Assembly (NCBI GenBank): GCA_054600435.1
Contig: BAAIJX010000038.1
Coordinates: 62,001 to 126,000, forward strand
Reading direction: 5' to 3'
Length of the DNA stretch: 64,000 nt
Origin: Neophaeotheca triangularis
Lineage: Eukaryota
How positions within the stretch are numbered: position 1 is the first letter of the stretch; every line of letters begins with the position of its first letter. Position numbers and translations under genes: made by a program. The notes beneath the pieces were generated by a model. The model saw only the letters and a list, made by a program, of their open reading frames with translations. It did no database searches and had not been told where the DNA came from. This document shows positions 1 to 12,900 of this stretch, in pieces.

Positions 1-51
1 TCAAAACGCCGCCGGAGAACGCATCACATAGCACCTTGCTCATGCCATCCT

Positions 52-683
52 CTAGTCCATCTTCACCACAGCACCCAGTCCCTTCATCGTCTCTATTATC
101 TTCTCCGCCTCCTCCTTGGGAACCGCTTCTCTCATCGTCTTCGGGCATGACTCAACAAATTTCTTGCTGTCCACTAAGCTCAACCCGAGCATGCTCTTGA
201 TCTCCTTGATAATCTTCGGCTTCGAGGCGGTGTCAATAGACTCTAGCTGGAGGTTGAAAAGCGTCTTCTCCTGCGCTGCTGGGGCGGCTTCCTCTGGCTC
301 CTCTACCGGCGCTGCAGCAGCTTGTGCTGGGCCTGCGGCGAAGCCACCGACGGGCATGTCTGGGATATTGAGACGGCTCTGCATGTGTGTTAGCCCCCTC
401 GCTTCCAGATCCTTCAATTCTCCCCTTTTCAAGTAGAACCACCAACCTTGAGGCTTGATACGAGATCCGCAGTCTCGAGCAGCGTCAGACCGCTAATCTG
501 GTCCACAATGTCTGCGACCTTGGGGTTGCTCGGGGCCGCCGCCGCATCGGTGGATTGCCATCTCCGCGTTGGTTGCTGTCGTCTCCTCACGTTCGTAGTC
601 GCTGCGCATCGGAAGGTGGAGGATTGAAAAGTTCGGGTGCTGCGAGCGCACTGCCTGACGGCATTATGGCAAGTGAGGGACAT
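52..683 (-). CDS. MNP1: Mitochondrial ribosomal protein L7/L12 (bL12m), 2 exons
   Basis: ATG at 683; Arg-rich presequence; intron 379-446 (GTTGGT...GCTAAC...CAG) joins 'VADIVDQISGLTLLETADLVSSLK' to 'SRLNIPD...KIIKEIKSMLGLSLVDSKKFVESCPK', the L7/L12 N- and C-terminal signatures. Confidence 0.93.
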
Positions 684-955
684 GGCTGCGGTGGATGAAT
701 GAACTCGATGATAGATTTGCTCCAGAAGTCTCAATAACGCTTCATCAATTGCTCTCGTGCTTCCAATCGTCTCGAAGACTGCGGCTTGACGTCTCCTTTA
801 GGCATAGCGTAGCGGTCGCGCTAAAGCCTCGGCTAATTTTGTTGCGACTTCGTTCGAAAACTTTCACGTCGCTATGAAGACGGCTTCGACCTGAAAGATT
901 GTAATTTTTTCCATCTTCTATCGACAGCTTAATCCTGTCGCTGTGCACTATAACG
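684..955. promoter_or_regulatory. Short divergent intergenic region (272 bp), probable bidirectional promoter
   Basis: Start codons of L7/L12 (683, minus) and midasin (956, plus) are head-to-head. Confidence 0.55.
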
Positions 956-3900
956 ATGGAGTGTGATTGGGAGAATGCGCTGCTGGAGAGAGCTCAGCAG
1001 TTGCCTTCGGAGCTGTTGGATGTGATTCGAGACCAGAACAGCAGCCATGAACGATATCTCGAAGCTTTCACGCACGCCACGGTGGTGCACAATGGCCGGC
1101 ATCTCCCACAACTTCTTGCCCACTGCGACAATCTGTTCCCTCATATCTGTGCCGTCTTGAGCTCACGACGGAGCTGCACAGCTGCAATCGCTACACTAGG
1201 ACGCCTCGTACCCTTTGCTCCGTACTTAGCTCCCTATGCGCATCAAGTGCTCTCAAGAGCCGACTTTGCTCCCAATCTCGAGGAGCCAGATGGGAGCGAC
1301 GACGATCAAGTGGCGATTTTACTCGGCCTTTTCAGATTACTATCACATGATCATTGCGCTTTTACGAAACACATCCGACCTACGCAAATACACCAGCTTC
1401 TCGCAAGTCGGAACCGTCCTGTGGTTTACCTTGCTCTACGGATACTGCAGATATGTTTGAAAGGATCTGATTCTTGGTTTGAGGAGATGATGAGGCAGCA
1501 TTTCGGTCCCGACTCCCCGGACGGCGGCATCCATGGTTCCTACGACGACGTGTCGATCGACTACCGTTTCCTGTCTCTATGGGAAGAGGACCGGAACGAG
1601 AAGATGCAATTGGCTTCTACAGAGGTAACTGCGCAGGGAGATGTCATTCGGTCCAAGTCTGGCCGCATGTTGCCCTCATCCTGCTTCCATCATTCTACCG
1701 CGCTTCTTGGGAAGATTTTATTGCCCCGAACACAGTCGTATAACGGCTCATCAGACTCACTAGTCTGGACTGAAACAGTTCAAAGCAATGTGCAGCACAT
1801 CGCCCAGGCTATAAAGTCGTCTAGTCCCATGCTGCTCAACGGCTTGGCTGGCTCCGGAAAGACGTTGCTTATTCGTCACGTCGCAAGGACCGTTGGGAAA
1901 CTCGATGACATGATCACTCTCCACCTGAATGACCAAAGTGATGCGAAGCTGCTCGTGGGTATCTACACTACCGGCAAAACCCCTGGAACGTTCGTATGGA
2001 AAGCGGGTGTTTTGACCACCGCAGTGATGGAAGGCCGTTGGGTGCTCATCGAGGATCTGGACCGAGCGCCGTCCCACATTATCAGCACTCTCCTACCCCT
2101 CATCGAGAAGGGCGAACTACTCGTTCCCGGCAGAAAAGAGACTATCCGTGCCAAAGAAGGCTTCAGAATCATCTCCACCGTCCGTACCACTATCAACCAC
2201 CGTGGGGAGGAGTCTCGGCCAATGCCCAACATGATTGGCGCCCGCCACTGGCAGAATGTCCATCTTTCCCTACCATCAACTGGAGAGCTCCAGCAAACCC
2301 TCAGCACGCTATACCCTTCACTTGCTCCTTTGATGCCGCAGTTCTTGAAAGCGTTCGAGCGACTGCAGTCGTGGCGGCAGAGTGCAACCCACGCTGGACA
2401 ATCGCGAACCGGTATCCTGCGCCCTGTGAGTCCAAGAGATCTCATGAAGTGGTGCAGCCGTGTAGCGAAACTGTTGCAGGGCAAGCCAACTTTTGCAAGC
2501 ACGGATCTCGACGATATACTCTTGGAGGCAGTTGATTGCTTTGTGGGCGCCTTGCCGGTCGGCCCCGTCCGCTCCGACATGGTATCAGTCATTGCACAAG
2601 AGCTACATGTCGACCCTCAGCGGTGCGATTTTGTGATCAATACTCGCGAGGCGCCGTATGCTGTTGAGAAGACACGGATCAAGCTCGGTCGCCATGTGCT
2701 TCCAAGATCTCGCACCTCACCACGAGCCAACGAGACGCAGGCGTCGTTCTCGACAAATCCCATCACATCACGCATGCTTGAGCGTGTTGCCGCCGCTGTG
2801 ATTAACAGGGAACCACTTCTCCTAGTCGGTGAGACCGGTGTCGGCAAAACTACTGCAGTTCAGCACTTGGCGTCACATCTCGGGAAGAAGCTCGTACCCT
2901 TCAATCTATCCCAGCAGAGTGAGGCGGGAGACCTTTTGGGAGGCTTCAAGCCAATCAGCGCCCGCAGCCTGATGGTTCCCATGAAGGATGAGTTCGACGA
3001 ACTGTTCTCTGTGGGCTTCAGCCATTCAAAAAATCAATCGTTCCGGGAGCTCCTCGGAAAGCAATTCGCAAAGGGCAACTGGAAGGCCGTGTGCAAGTTG
3101 TGGCAGCAAGCGCTCAAGATGGTCGACCAGCAACGGGGCACTTCGCCTTCGAAGCAGGGCGAAGCGCCAGCCAAGAAGCGCAAGGTAGATTCAGGAATTG
3201 ATTTTGCTCGATGGGATTCGTTCGCTGTCAACGTATCGGACGTCACCAAAAGGCTATCCGCCGGAAGCGAAGCTTTCGCTTTCTCCTTCGTTGAAGGTAC
3301 CATCGTCAAAGCGGTTCGCAACGGCGACTGGGTGCTTTTGGATGAGATCAATCTTGCATCCCCTGACACGCTCGATGCACTGGCTGACCTCTTCGACTCG
3401 ACGACCCCATCTCTGCTTCTCACCGAGGCTGGAGAAGTAGAGCGTATCGAAGCTCATCCTGAGTTCCGTGTTTTTGCTGCCATGAACCCTGCGACTGATG
3501 TTGGAAAGAAGGACCTCCTTCCAAGCGTACGTTCTCGCTTCACTGAGCTGTATGTGGAAAGTCCGGACAAAGATATCAAAAGCTTGCAGAGCATTGTTCG
3601 TGCCTACCTACGTCAGGACGCAGTCGCGGACACCGCCATTGCTTATGATGTCTCCCTGCTCTACCAAAAGATTCAGTCACTTGCGGAGGAAAATAAGCTT
3701 GTCGATGGCGCCGGTCAAAAACCGCACTTCAGCTTACGTACCCTCACGCGCACTTTGAGCTACGCTAAGCACATTGCTCCCATGTGCAGCCTACGCAGAG
3801 CACTGTACGAGGGCTTCCAGATGAGCTTTCTGACTTTCCTCGACCTGGAATCTGAGACACTCGTGCAGCCTCTGCTTGAACAGCAACTACTTAGCAAGCG

Positions 3901-6900
3901 AGTCAATGTGCGAGCCGAATTAAAGAAGCCCCTGCGCAAGCCTAGCGACGAGCACGACTATGCTCAAGGTTTCCCTGGCAGCAAGCACTGGATCCGACAA
4001 GGCGCGTTCGAAGCCGAGGAGCAACCGCAGTATATCATTACGCCTTTCATTCAACGCAACCTCGAAAATCTCGTCCGAGCAACTTCCACACGCCAATTCC
4101 CCGTATTGATCCAGGGACCGACTTCTAGCGGAAAGACCAGCATGGTCGAGTATCTTGCGAAGCGTACGGGAAACAAGTTTGTCCGCGTCAACAATCACGA
4201 GCATACGGATCTGCAAGAGTATCTCGGAACATACATATCTGGCAGTGATGGTCGTTTGCAATTTCAGGAGGGCGTCCTTGTCAAAGCGCTCAGAGAGGGT
4301 CACTGGATCGTGCTCGACGAGCTCAACTTGGCGCCCACCGACGTGCTTGAGGCTTTCAATCGACTGCTTGATGACAACCGTGAGCTTTTGATACCTGAGA
4401 CACAAGAAATTGTCAGGCCTCATACCAACTTCATGCTATTTGCAACTCAAAATCCAGCGGGTCTTTACGGCGGTCGCAAGACCCTGTCTCGCGCTTTCCG
4501 CAACCGTTTCCTGGAGCTTCACTTCGATGATATCCCCGTTGATGAGCTCCAAGAAATCCTCCACCGACGAACTCAACAGCCTGAGTCTCGCTGCAAGCGC
4601 ATCGTCACTGTGTACCGCGAGCTTTCAGTGCTACGCCAAGAAAATCGACTATTTGAGCAGAAGAGCTTTGCGACTCTACGTGATCTATTCCGATGGGCCA
4701 TGCGACCCAATGACACGATCGAACAGCTTGCTGCCAACGGCTTCATGCTGTTAGCAGAGCGCGTCCGCAAGCCTGAAGAAAGGGCCGTACTCAAAAACAT
4801 CATCGAAAAGCAGATGAGCGCTCGTGGTCCAAAGGTCACCATTGACGAGGATGCCTTATATTCGACTCAGGCCAACGAGATCCAGCAATACAACAGCCAC
4901 GCCAGCAGTCAAGGCGTTGTCTGGACCAAAGCTATGCGGAGACTCTATGTTTTAGTTGCTCGCGCCATTGAGAACAATGAACCGGTGTTGCTAGTTGGCG
5001 AGACTGGCTGTGGCAAGACCACAGTTTGCCAGATGCTGGCTGAGGCTTTTGGAAAAGAGCTCAATGCTGTCAATGCCCACCAGAACACCGAAACTGGGGA
5101 TCTGATTGGGTCTCAACGCCCTGTACGCAACCGCGCGGCCATCGAAGCCGAGCTGCGGAAGTTGGTGCTTGTATCTGCGCCTCTTCAAGGATCACAGACT
5201 GGAGGCTCGGTAGCAACTGATGAGCTTTTGGTTCTTTACGATCGCGCGATATCTTCTCGCCACGGTCCTGAAAAGCAAGCGTACGTTACCAGCGATCATC
5301 ACGCTCTCATCGAGTCGCTCCGGGTCCGTTACAAGGCCCTTTTCGAATGGCAAGATGGCAGCCTGGTGCAAGCCATGCGCTCTGGGTCTTTCTTCCTGCT
5401 CGATGAAATCTCGCTTGCCGACGACTCGGTACTTGAGCGCATCAACAGCGTTCTCGAAGCCCAACGCTCGATTCTGCTTGCCGAGAAAGGCAGTCTTGAC
5501 TCGTTCATCACTGCGGCATCTGGCTTCCAATTCTTTGCTACTATGAACCCTGGCGGGGACTATGGCAAACGAGAGCTCTCGCCAGCTCTTCGCAACCGTT
5601 TTACTGAGATCTGGGTACCCTCCCTCTCGGATCAGGAGGACATCTTTCAGATTCTGCAAGCAAGGCTGTCTCCAGCGGCAAAGAGCTACGCGGAGGCAAT
5701 GGTCAGCTTCGCCGTGTGGTTCAAGGAAAGGTATAACACCTCGGCGAGCTCCTCTGTTTCTATTCGCGATACTCTTGCCTGGGTTGCGTTCGTCAACGCA
5801 GCAACGGATGAGAACATCGGTCAAGCGGTCGTGCATGGAGCTGCAATGGTCTACACGGATACGCTTGGCGCTAATCCCGCCGGTCTGATGACTTTGACTG
5901 GCAGGGGCCTTGATGAGGAACGACGGGCTGCTATCGATGAACTCAGCCGACTCCTACAAATCGATGTCGCCACGATATATCATGATTCGGTAAAGGTTGT
6001 CCAAGGCCAACAGAGTCTGATCGTCGGACCTTTTTCGATTCCTTGCTACACTCCGGTAGATACGCCGGATCCGACTTTCAGCTTCGAAGCACCTACTACC
6101 CGCTTGAACGCTTTGCGGGTGGTCAGGGCCTTGCAGCTTTCGAAGCCCGTCATGCTTGAGGGTAGTCCGGGCGTCGGGAAGACTGCTCTAGTCGGAGCCA
6201 TTGCAGCATCGGTGGGCATGCCCCTCGTCCGCATCAATTTATCCGAGCAAACCGACCTCATGGATCTTTTTGGCTCCGACGTCCCGGTAGAAGGCGCAGA
6301 GACTGGAGCTTTCCGCTGGCGCGATGCTCCATTTTTGCATGCGATGAAGACCGGCGAATGGGTTTTGTTGGACGAAATGAACCTAGCGTCTCAGTCAGTG
6401 CTCGAAGGCCTCAACGCTTGTCTGGACCACAGAGGCGAGGTCTACATCCCCGAGATCGATCAGAGCTTCACACGTCACCCGAGTTTTCGACTTTTTGCGG
6501 CTCAGAACCCGCACCACCAAGGAGGTGGGCGCAAGGGCTTGCCCGCTTCATTCGTTAATCGGTTCACGGTCGTCTACGCCGACGCTTTCAGGGCCGAAGA
6601 TATGCTCCTCATCTGCCAGCGCGCTTTTCCCAACTTGCCTGTCGAATCTATAGGGAAGGCTGTTGGCTTTGTTGAAAAGCTCGAGTACGAGGTCGCACAT
6701 CGCCGCCGTTTCGGCTCGCAAGGCGGCCCTTGGGAGTTCAACCTTCGTGATATCTTCCGCTGGCTTACTTTGTCTTCCTCCGACAAAGGTCTACTCAAAG
6801 CCGGGAACGCTCGCGATTTCGTGCATCTGCTTTTCTCGCGGAGATTCCGCAGCACCTCTGATCGTGCACTTCTTGATCAGCTTTTTGACTCCATTTACCA

Positions 6901-9900
6901 CGACACCCCTTACGCAACGGACTTGTCTTGCAGCACTTCTCCACTAGTTATTCAAGCTGGGCTTGGGACTATCGCTCGCAATGAACTCGAGAGCGTGCCC
7001 TTGGCGAAGAAGTCTCCGCCCTCGAGGGATCAACTGGAAGTGCTACAATCACTCATGCTGTGCATTCAGCAGTCTTGGCCAGTAATTCTGAGTGGTCCAT
7101 CCGGCTCCGGCAAGTCATCTCTGGTAGAGCGCCTCGCCGCCGCTACAGGGGCGCCGCTGGTGGTGTTCCCCATGAACGCTGAGACCGACGCGATGGACCT
7201 CGTTGGCGGGTACGAACAAGCTGACCCAGGGCGGAAGGTACTGCAAGCTTTCAACCAGCTGCGCAGGGTTCTAGAGAGGCATTCGAAGCAGCGTATGATG
7301 TCTTCAACCAACGCGGAGAAGCTGCTTCTTACCGTTGAGCGCGCTGGCCTCGGTACCGAGCTTGCTCCCAGAGATACCGCCCTACTGGAAAGCACCTTAG
7401 CCCTCCTCGAGAACCCCGAAGTAGAAGCTCTGTGGAACATCGTCAAGTCGGCACCGAAGCAAGTCGAGAAGGCGCGCTTCGAGTGGATAGACGGCGTCCT
7501 TGTGGATGCGCTCGAAAGAGGAGAGTGGCTCGTCCTGGACAATGCTAATCTTTGCAGCCCCTCCGTACTCGACAGACTGAATTCCCTTCTCGAGCGCAAC
7601 GGTGCCTTGATCATTAACGAGCACGCTGATCACGACGGCTCTCCTCGCGTAATCAAGCCACACCCGGGCTTCCGGATTTTCTTGACGACCGACCCACGAT
7701 ACGGCGAGCTCTCACGAGCCATGCGTAACCGAGCTGTCGAGCTTTTCATGCCTCAAGCTGCCAGCCAAGACGCGTCTCTGCTTTGCGACCCGCTCTTTGC
7801 CGAGTCTGCGGTCGCCGCGTTTCGGAACGTCAAGTCGCTCAGCCAGCATCGGCCATCCTTTGACGGCAGGCTGGGGGGTATGGTGTTCGATCACTTACCC
7901 CAAGCTCAACTCAAGTTGATCTCCAGACTTCAAAGCCAGCTTGACGCAGGACTCTACAGTTCCCAGCAGCAGCCGCCTTTGCGATTGCCACTTCAGCATG
8001 CCAACATTGTTACGCAGCTGAACCCGGAAATCTTGGACGCTTCCGCGTCGATACTAGGTCATACGCAAATGTCTGCTGACTATGCAAACGTACAGGTCAG
8101 TAGCTCTGCTCCCCCGGTAAGTGAACGTAAAGCTGATGGTAAGTGCTTCTTTCAGACATTGCATCCTCTCAACAACCAGCCGTTCGTGCAGCAATCCCAA
8201 CATGCTGTCACACGCGCTTTGCAAGCGGGCTTCTCTTTCGATTTGGTCTGGGAACTTTCTGGCTTGAAACTGTTATTAGACGAGTCCCGCGCGAACTCTG
8301 CTACTGTTTCAAGACTGAAAGGTATCGAACGATCTGTACTAAAGCTCGCGAAGACCAAGAGTGGCAACTCTGCTTTGCTACAGATGCTCGAGCACTTGCT
8401 GCAGGGGATGTTGCACTTCACTCAGGACCCAGTCGCTCTTTTCGAGCAGTCTAGTCTCTCTTCGAGTGACGAATCGAGCGCTGCAATTTCACAACTACTT
8501 GCAGCATTGGCATTGAAAGCCGTTACAGCATGGAAGATGCTGTTCGAGACTGCGCATGATGACGCCTTTGATGGCGCCGTCTTCAATGCTTGCGTTACTA
8601 CCATCGAGCAAGGTTTAAGCAGAGCCATCGCAGCTGCACCATCAAGCAACACACAAGTGACGAACCGTCTTCAAGAGGCCATTGCAGGGCTTCGAAACCA
8701 TTCTAATACGGGCTGGGGTCTAGCATGCACAGCGCTTTGGTTGGCGTGCCGCCCGAAGACACCGAAGACGATCCAGCAATTGGACGCTCTTTTGAGGCTC
8801 GAAGCCGCGGCCGATCGCTTCGACGAAACGGCTGCGAAGTACTCAGCGCCCCTTGACAAGCTAGCAGCGACAAGAGTATCGTTCCAGCGAGCATTACGCC
8901 TTGCTCAGGCCGGTGAAGGGGCCGTAGACGATCTGCTCGAGAGGCTTGAAGGTTCTTTGCAGACTGCCCCAAATCTCTCCCCAGAGGCTCCAGAGGTTGA
9001 TCCCCGACCGCACTACGCCAGCGTTTTCGCCACGTTGAGTGCTCGCTTCCAGACGCAACAGGCCGCCAGCCGACAGAACTTGTCGGAAGAAGAGCTCAGT
9101 CTTCTGGAGATGCTCGCCGGGAAGGTGACCAAGACGGCTGGGCCTTCGATGCTTGTACTACCCTTGAACGGTCCAGAGAAAGCCATGGAGGTAGGCAGTG
9201 CCGGCTCCGGCGGCGCATTCCATCTCCACGAAATGCTGATGCGACATGCCGCCTCGACCGACAATGTCAGCTTGGGAAAGCTTGAATTGCTTAGATCTGA
9301 GACTAACGTCCTGGGCCGGGTCCTCGCAAGCAAGACTCACGATATATGTGCCGAGGAGCTCGAAAGCCTCGATGCGATTCTCGCGCAGCAACTTGGCGAC
9401 ATTCTCCGAACCTTGACTGGTGCTGAGGTTGACGCTTTGAGTCGCCAAGCTGCTCAGCTGCTTGTGAAACTGGACCCAGAGGCCTCCAGTGGGGTCACCG
9501 ACTTGACGCCCTCAGAGCCCCCCTATCAGTCCGAGCCTCTGCTAGCGGAGGCGCTGCAGTGTCTCGCCGTGGTCACCAACTATCTTTGCTCAGATTCACA
9601 AAACATTCAACGCCAGCGTAGCGCAGCAGGTCGAGCATGGCTGTCCTTCGGGATAGGCTGTCTAATGCTGTACGTTCCCGACTCGGTCTTCGACCCATCT
9701 CTGAAGCCTCGCCTTGAGCGTGACTTGCATAGGCGCTCCCAAGCGCACCTTGCTGGCAGACTCAATGCTCTCAATGCCTTTAACGCCTTGACCAACGGAA
9801 GCGCGTCGTCTCTTCGATCTCGGATACTCGAAGGTACTGCTCAGCAACTCGGCGAAGAGCCATCTGCGGTAGAGGTTTGCAGGCCTGAAAAGTCACAGTT

Positions 9901-12900
9901 GTCGCAACTCCACGGCGAGCTGGCTGCCCTGAAGCGAGCATTGGCCTCGGTAATCAGAGCGCAGAACATAAATGGCACCGGGGATGCGGCAACATGGAAC
10001 AATATCTTGAACATCCGCCAGCGACTTAGCGAGTACTACCGCGCTTATATGGACTTTACGGCCCCTATTGTGGGCTTCATTGACGGCCTTTGTACGGGTC
10101 GAGATCTAATTCAACAAGCTGCACTCGATGAAGAGACAGAGTCCTCTGCGCTTGCGCTCTCGAAGGTCGTGCCTCTCCGCAACGCTTCTTTGGCAACATG
10201 GTTGTCCGATGACAGCTTCGTCTATGCTTTGCGCGAAAGTCGCACTCCACAGCAAGCGGTACATTGTCTCACGGCTCTGGCCGCTCGCTGCACTCTCAAG
10301 GCGCTGAGCAAGGCATCACTCGAGCTGCGAGATGCTGTCAACGATCAATTGTCGCGCATCTATCAGCTCTGGCGTAGCGAACTGTCCATCGACCAGAGGC
10401 AGGCATCTGCCAAAAGCAGCCTTTACCGTTACAAGGGAGATGCCGATGTCAACGAAGATGAGACCGCTGCTGAAGAGATGGAAGAGCTGTTCCCTAGCTA
10501 TGAACAGCAGTCCACCTCTCGACAAGCCGCAGAGGCCGGCTCGAAGAAGACGGCGCAGTCTCTTGCCCCGACCTTAGCCAGGATCCATCGAGCAATTTTT
10601 GCACCAGCAGAAGCGAATCCGGAAACGCTCTTGGCTTTGCTACAAAACACTCGTGAAGCCTGTGCTGACAGCTCGCTCAGCTCGAGCATCCCGGCAATGA
10701 TCGATCTACTGCAAGCCCAAGTCTCGCAACTCTCACCCGCGGAGCGACCGGAGCGAAGCTACAACATCTATCGAGATGCTAACATCCACGAAGCGACTAA
10801 GCTCGTGAACCTCGTCAACACGACTGTCAAACGGTTCCAGGAGCTGCACGCTGCTTGGCCTGAGCATGCCACACCTTTTGAAGTCTTGCGTACTTGCGAG
10901 CAAATACTGCAACTCAGTCATGCTTCGCCGGTAGCACGGCTACTGCAGCTCGTTGAAAAACTACATGGCGCTGTCAACGAGTGGCAGAAGGTCGCGAGCC
11001 GCGAATATAGCGTGTACACGATTCTGGAAGATCTGACGAGCTTGATAATCAGCTGGCGCCAGCTTGAGTTGTCAACCTGGGCTGGCTTGTTCGACCACGA
11101 AACAAGCCGTTGCGAGGAAGAGGTCAGCTCTTGGTGGTATGTGGCTTACGAAAGTATCATTGCTGTCCTCGAGAGCCTCGAAACTTCAGAAGATGCTCTG
11201 TGCCGCCACACTGCACAATTACTTGAGACGCTGAGTGGGCTCTTGACGACCAGCGGCCTGGGTGAATACACTTCGAGGCTCAACCTGTTACGAAGCTTCC
11301 GTGCTCATCTCGAGTCTCTGGCCACCGACAGGCCTGTCCTCGGGGTCGTCCACTCTGGGCTTTCGAACCTGATCGCTTATTACGGTCATTTCGAAGACCC
11401 CGCTAAGAAGGCTCTCGAGGACGGACAGGCGGGTTTGACGAAAGACATGAAGAGTGTCCTGCAGGTTGCTAGCTGGAAGGACCGGAACATCGAGACGCTG
11501 CGACAAAGCGCCAAGGCCTCTCACAAGAAACTCCTGAGAATGGTTCGGAAGTACCGAAATCTGCTGGGCCAACCCGTTCAGCCAATCATCTCCAGTGGCA
11601 TTCCGGAGATGAAGATCGACAAAGATTTGCCTTCTCAACTCCGAGTGCTGCAAGCCGAAGAAGACCTTGCCCGCAACGAAATTCAAATCACCCTCCCCGC
11701 CTGGACTGAAAGATCTGCGCGTTTCAAGAACGTAACTACAACGGCAGGCATGATTCAAAACAGGGCAACCTTAGCAATGGAGCCCATAGATGCATCCAAA
11801 CGTCTGGACGACTTCATGTCCAGTGTCACGTCAGGCATGGCTGAACTTCAGAAAGCCACGCCGGCAAACCTCACAGCGAAGAACAAGGCCTTCGTCGGAC
11901 ATCTCAAGACGAGGAAACGCCGACTTCTCGCCGATGTGTTGAAAGATCTTCGAGCCATGGGCTTCCAAGCAAGTCTGAGCGAAAATGCGCTGTCAAGACA
12001 AAGGTCGTTGAGTGTCGTACTCGCGGGCTTGAGTGCGCTCGACGCTTCCCGCTCTTCGAACCACCAACACGCGGCAGAGCACAATTTTCACAGGCTGCTT
12101 GATGCAATGCCCGCGGTGCGAGAAGTGGCGAGGCAACACTCTGACGACCTCACGCCCGCTGAGATTAGCCGGTGCGTCTCGTATCTGGAAAGCATGCTTC
12201 AGGTATCAGCCACACAGCGCTCCTCTCTCGCGGTACATGTGCTGGCGGCCAATAAGCTCGACAGCGTCATTGATACGATGATGGCGTTCAGCAGGTCTGG
12301 CAACGTGTGCATTGCTGAGCGAAGTGGAAAATTCACACTTTCATCCACGGAAATCTCTTCCCTCCTCACCGTTGTACGGGCCGTGCTGCAGCTTGTTGAG
12401 ATCCAGGCCAAGCTTGCAGGGTCTCAGTATTCTGCAGTTGAGCAAGGCATGACTCAATGGCTTGAAAGTACGGCTGCTTTGGCACTCCAACTCTCTGCGG
12501 CTCCTGAGCTGCCCAGCGGTCTTGACACTGATGGCAGGAAGAGCCTGCAGTTGCAGATCGGCGACCGCGTTCGCGATCTAGAAGGCAAAGTTACCGAGTG
12601 GTCTGGAAGCCACCCAGAGCTCGCGCCTCTGCTCTCGCAGCTACATGCATGGGTGCCTAGTTTCACTCCAGGGCATAGTCAGTTGCAGGCTACAGGACAG
12701 GTATCAATGAGTGACAACGACTGGCTTCAGAAGCTTCTCATTACACTCGATCACATGCTGGTCGCTGTGCAGAACATCAAACCTGCCGAGGAGGAACAAG
12801 ATTCAAGCCGAGCTACTTGGCTCCTCGACCAGCAGCAGGAAGCAAGCAAAGCGCTGCACCAACTTCAGGCAATGCGTGTACCGCGAGCTTTGGAACAGCT

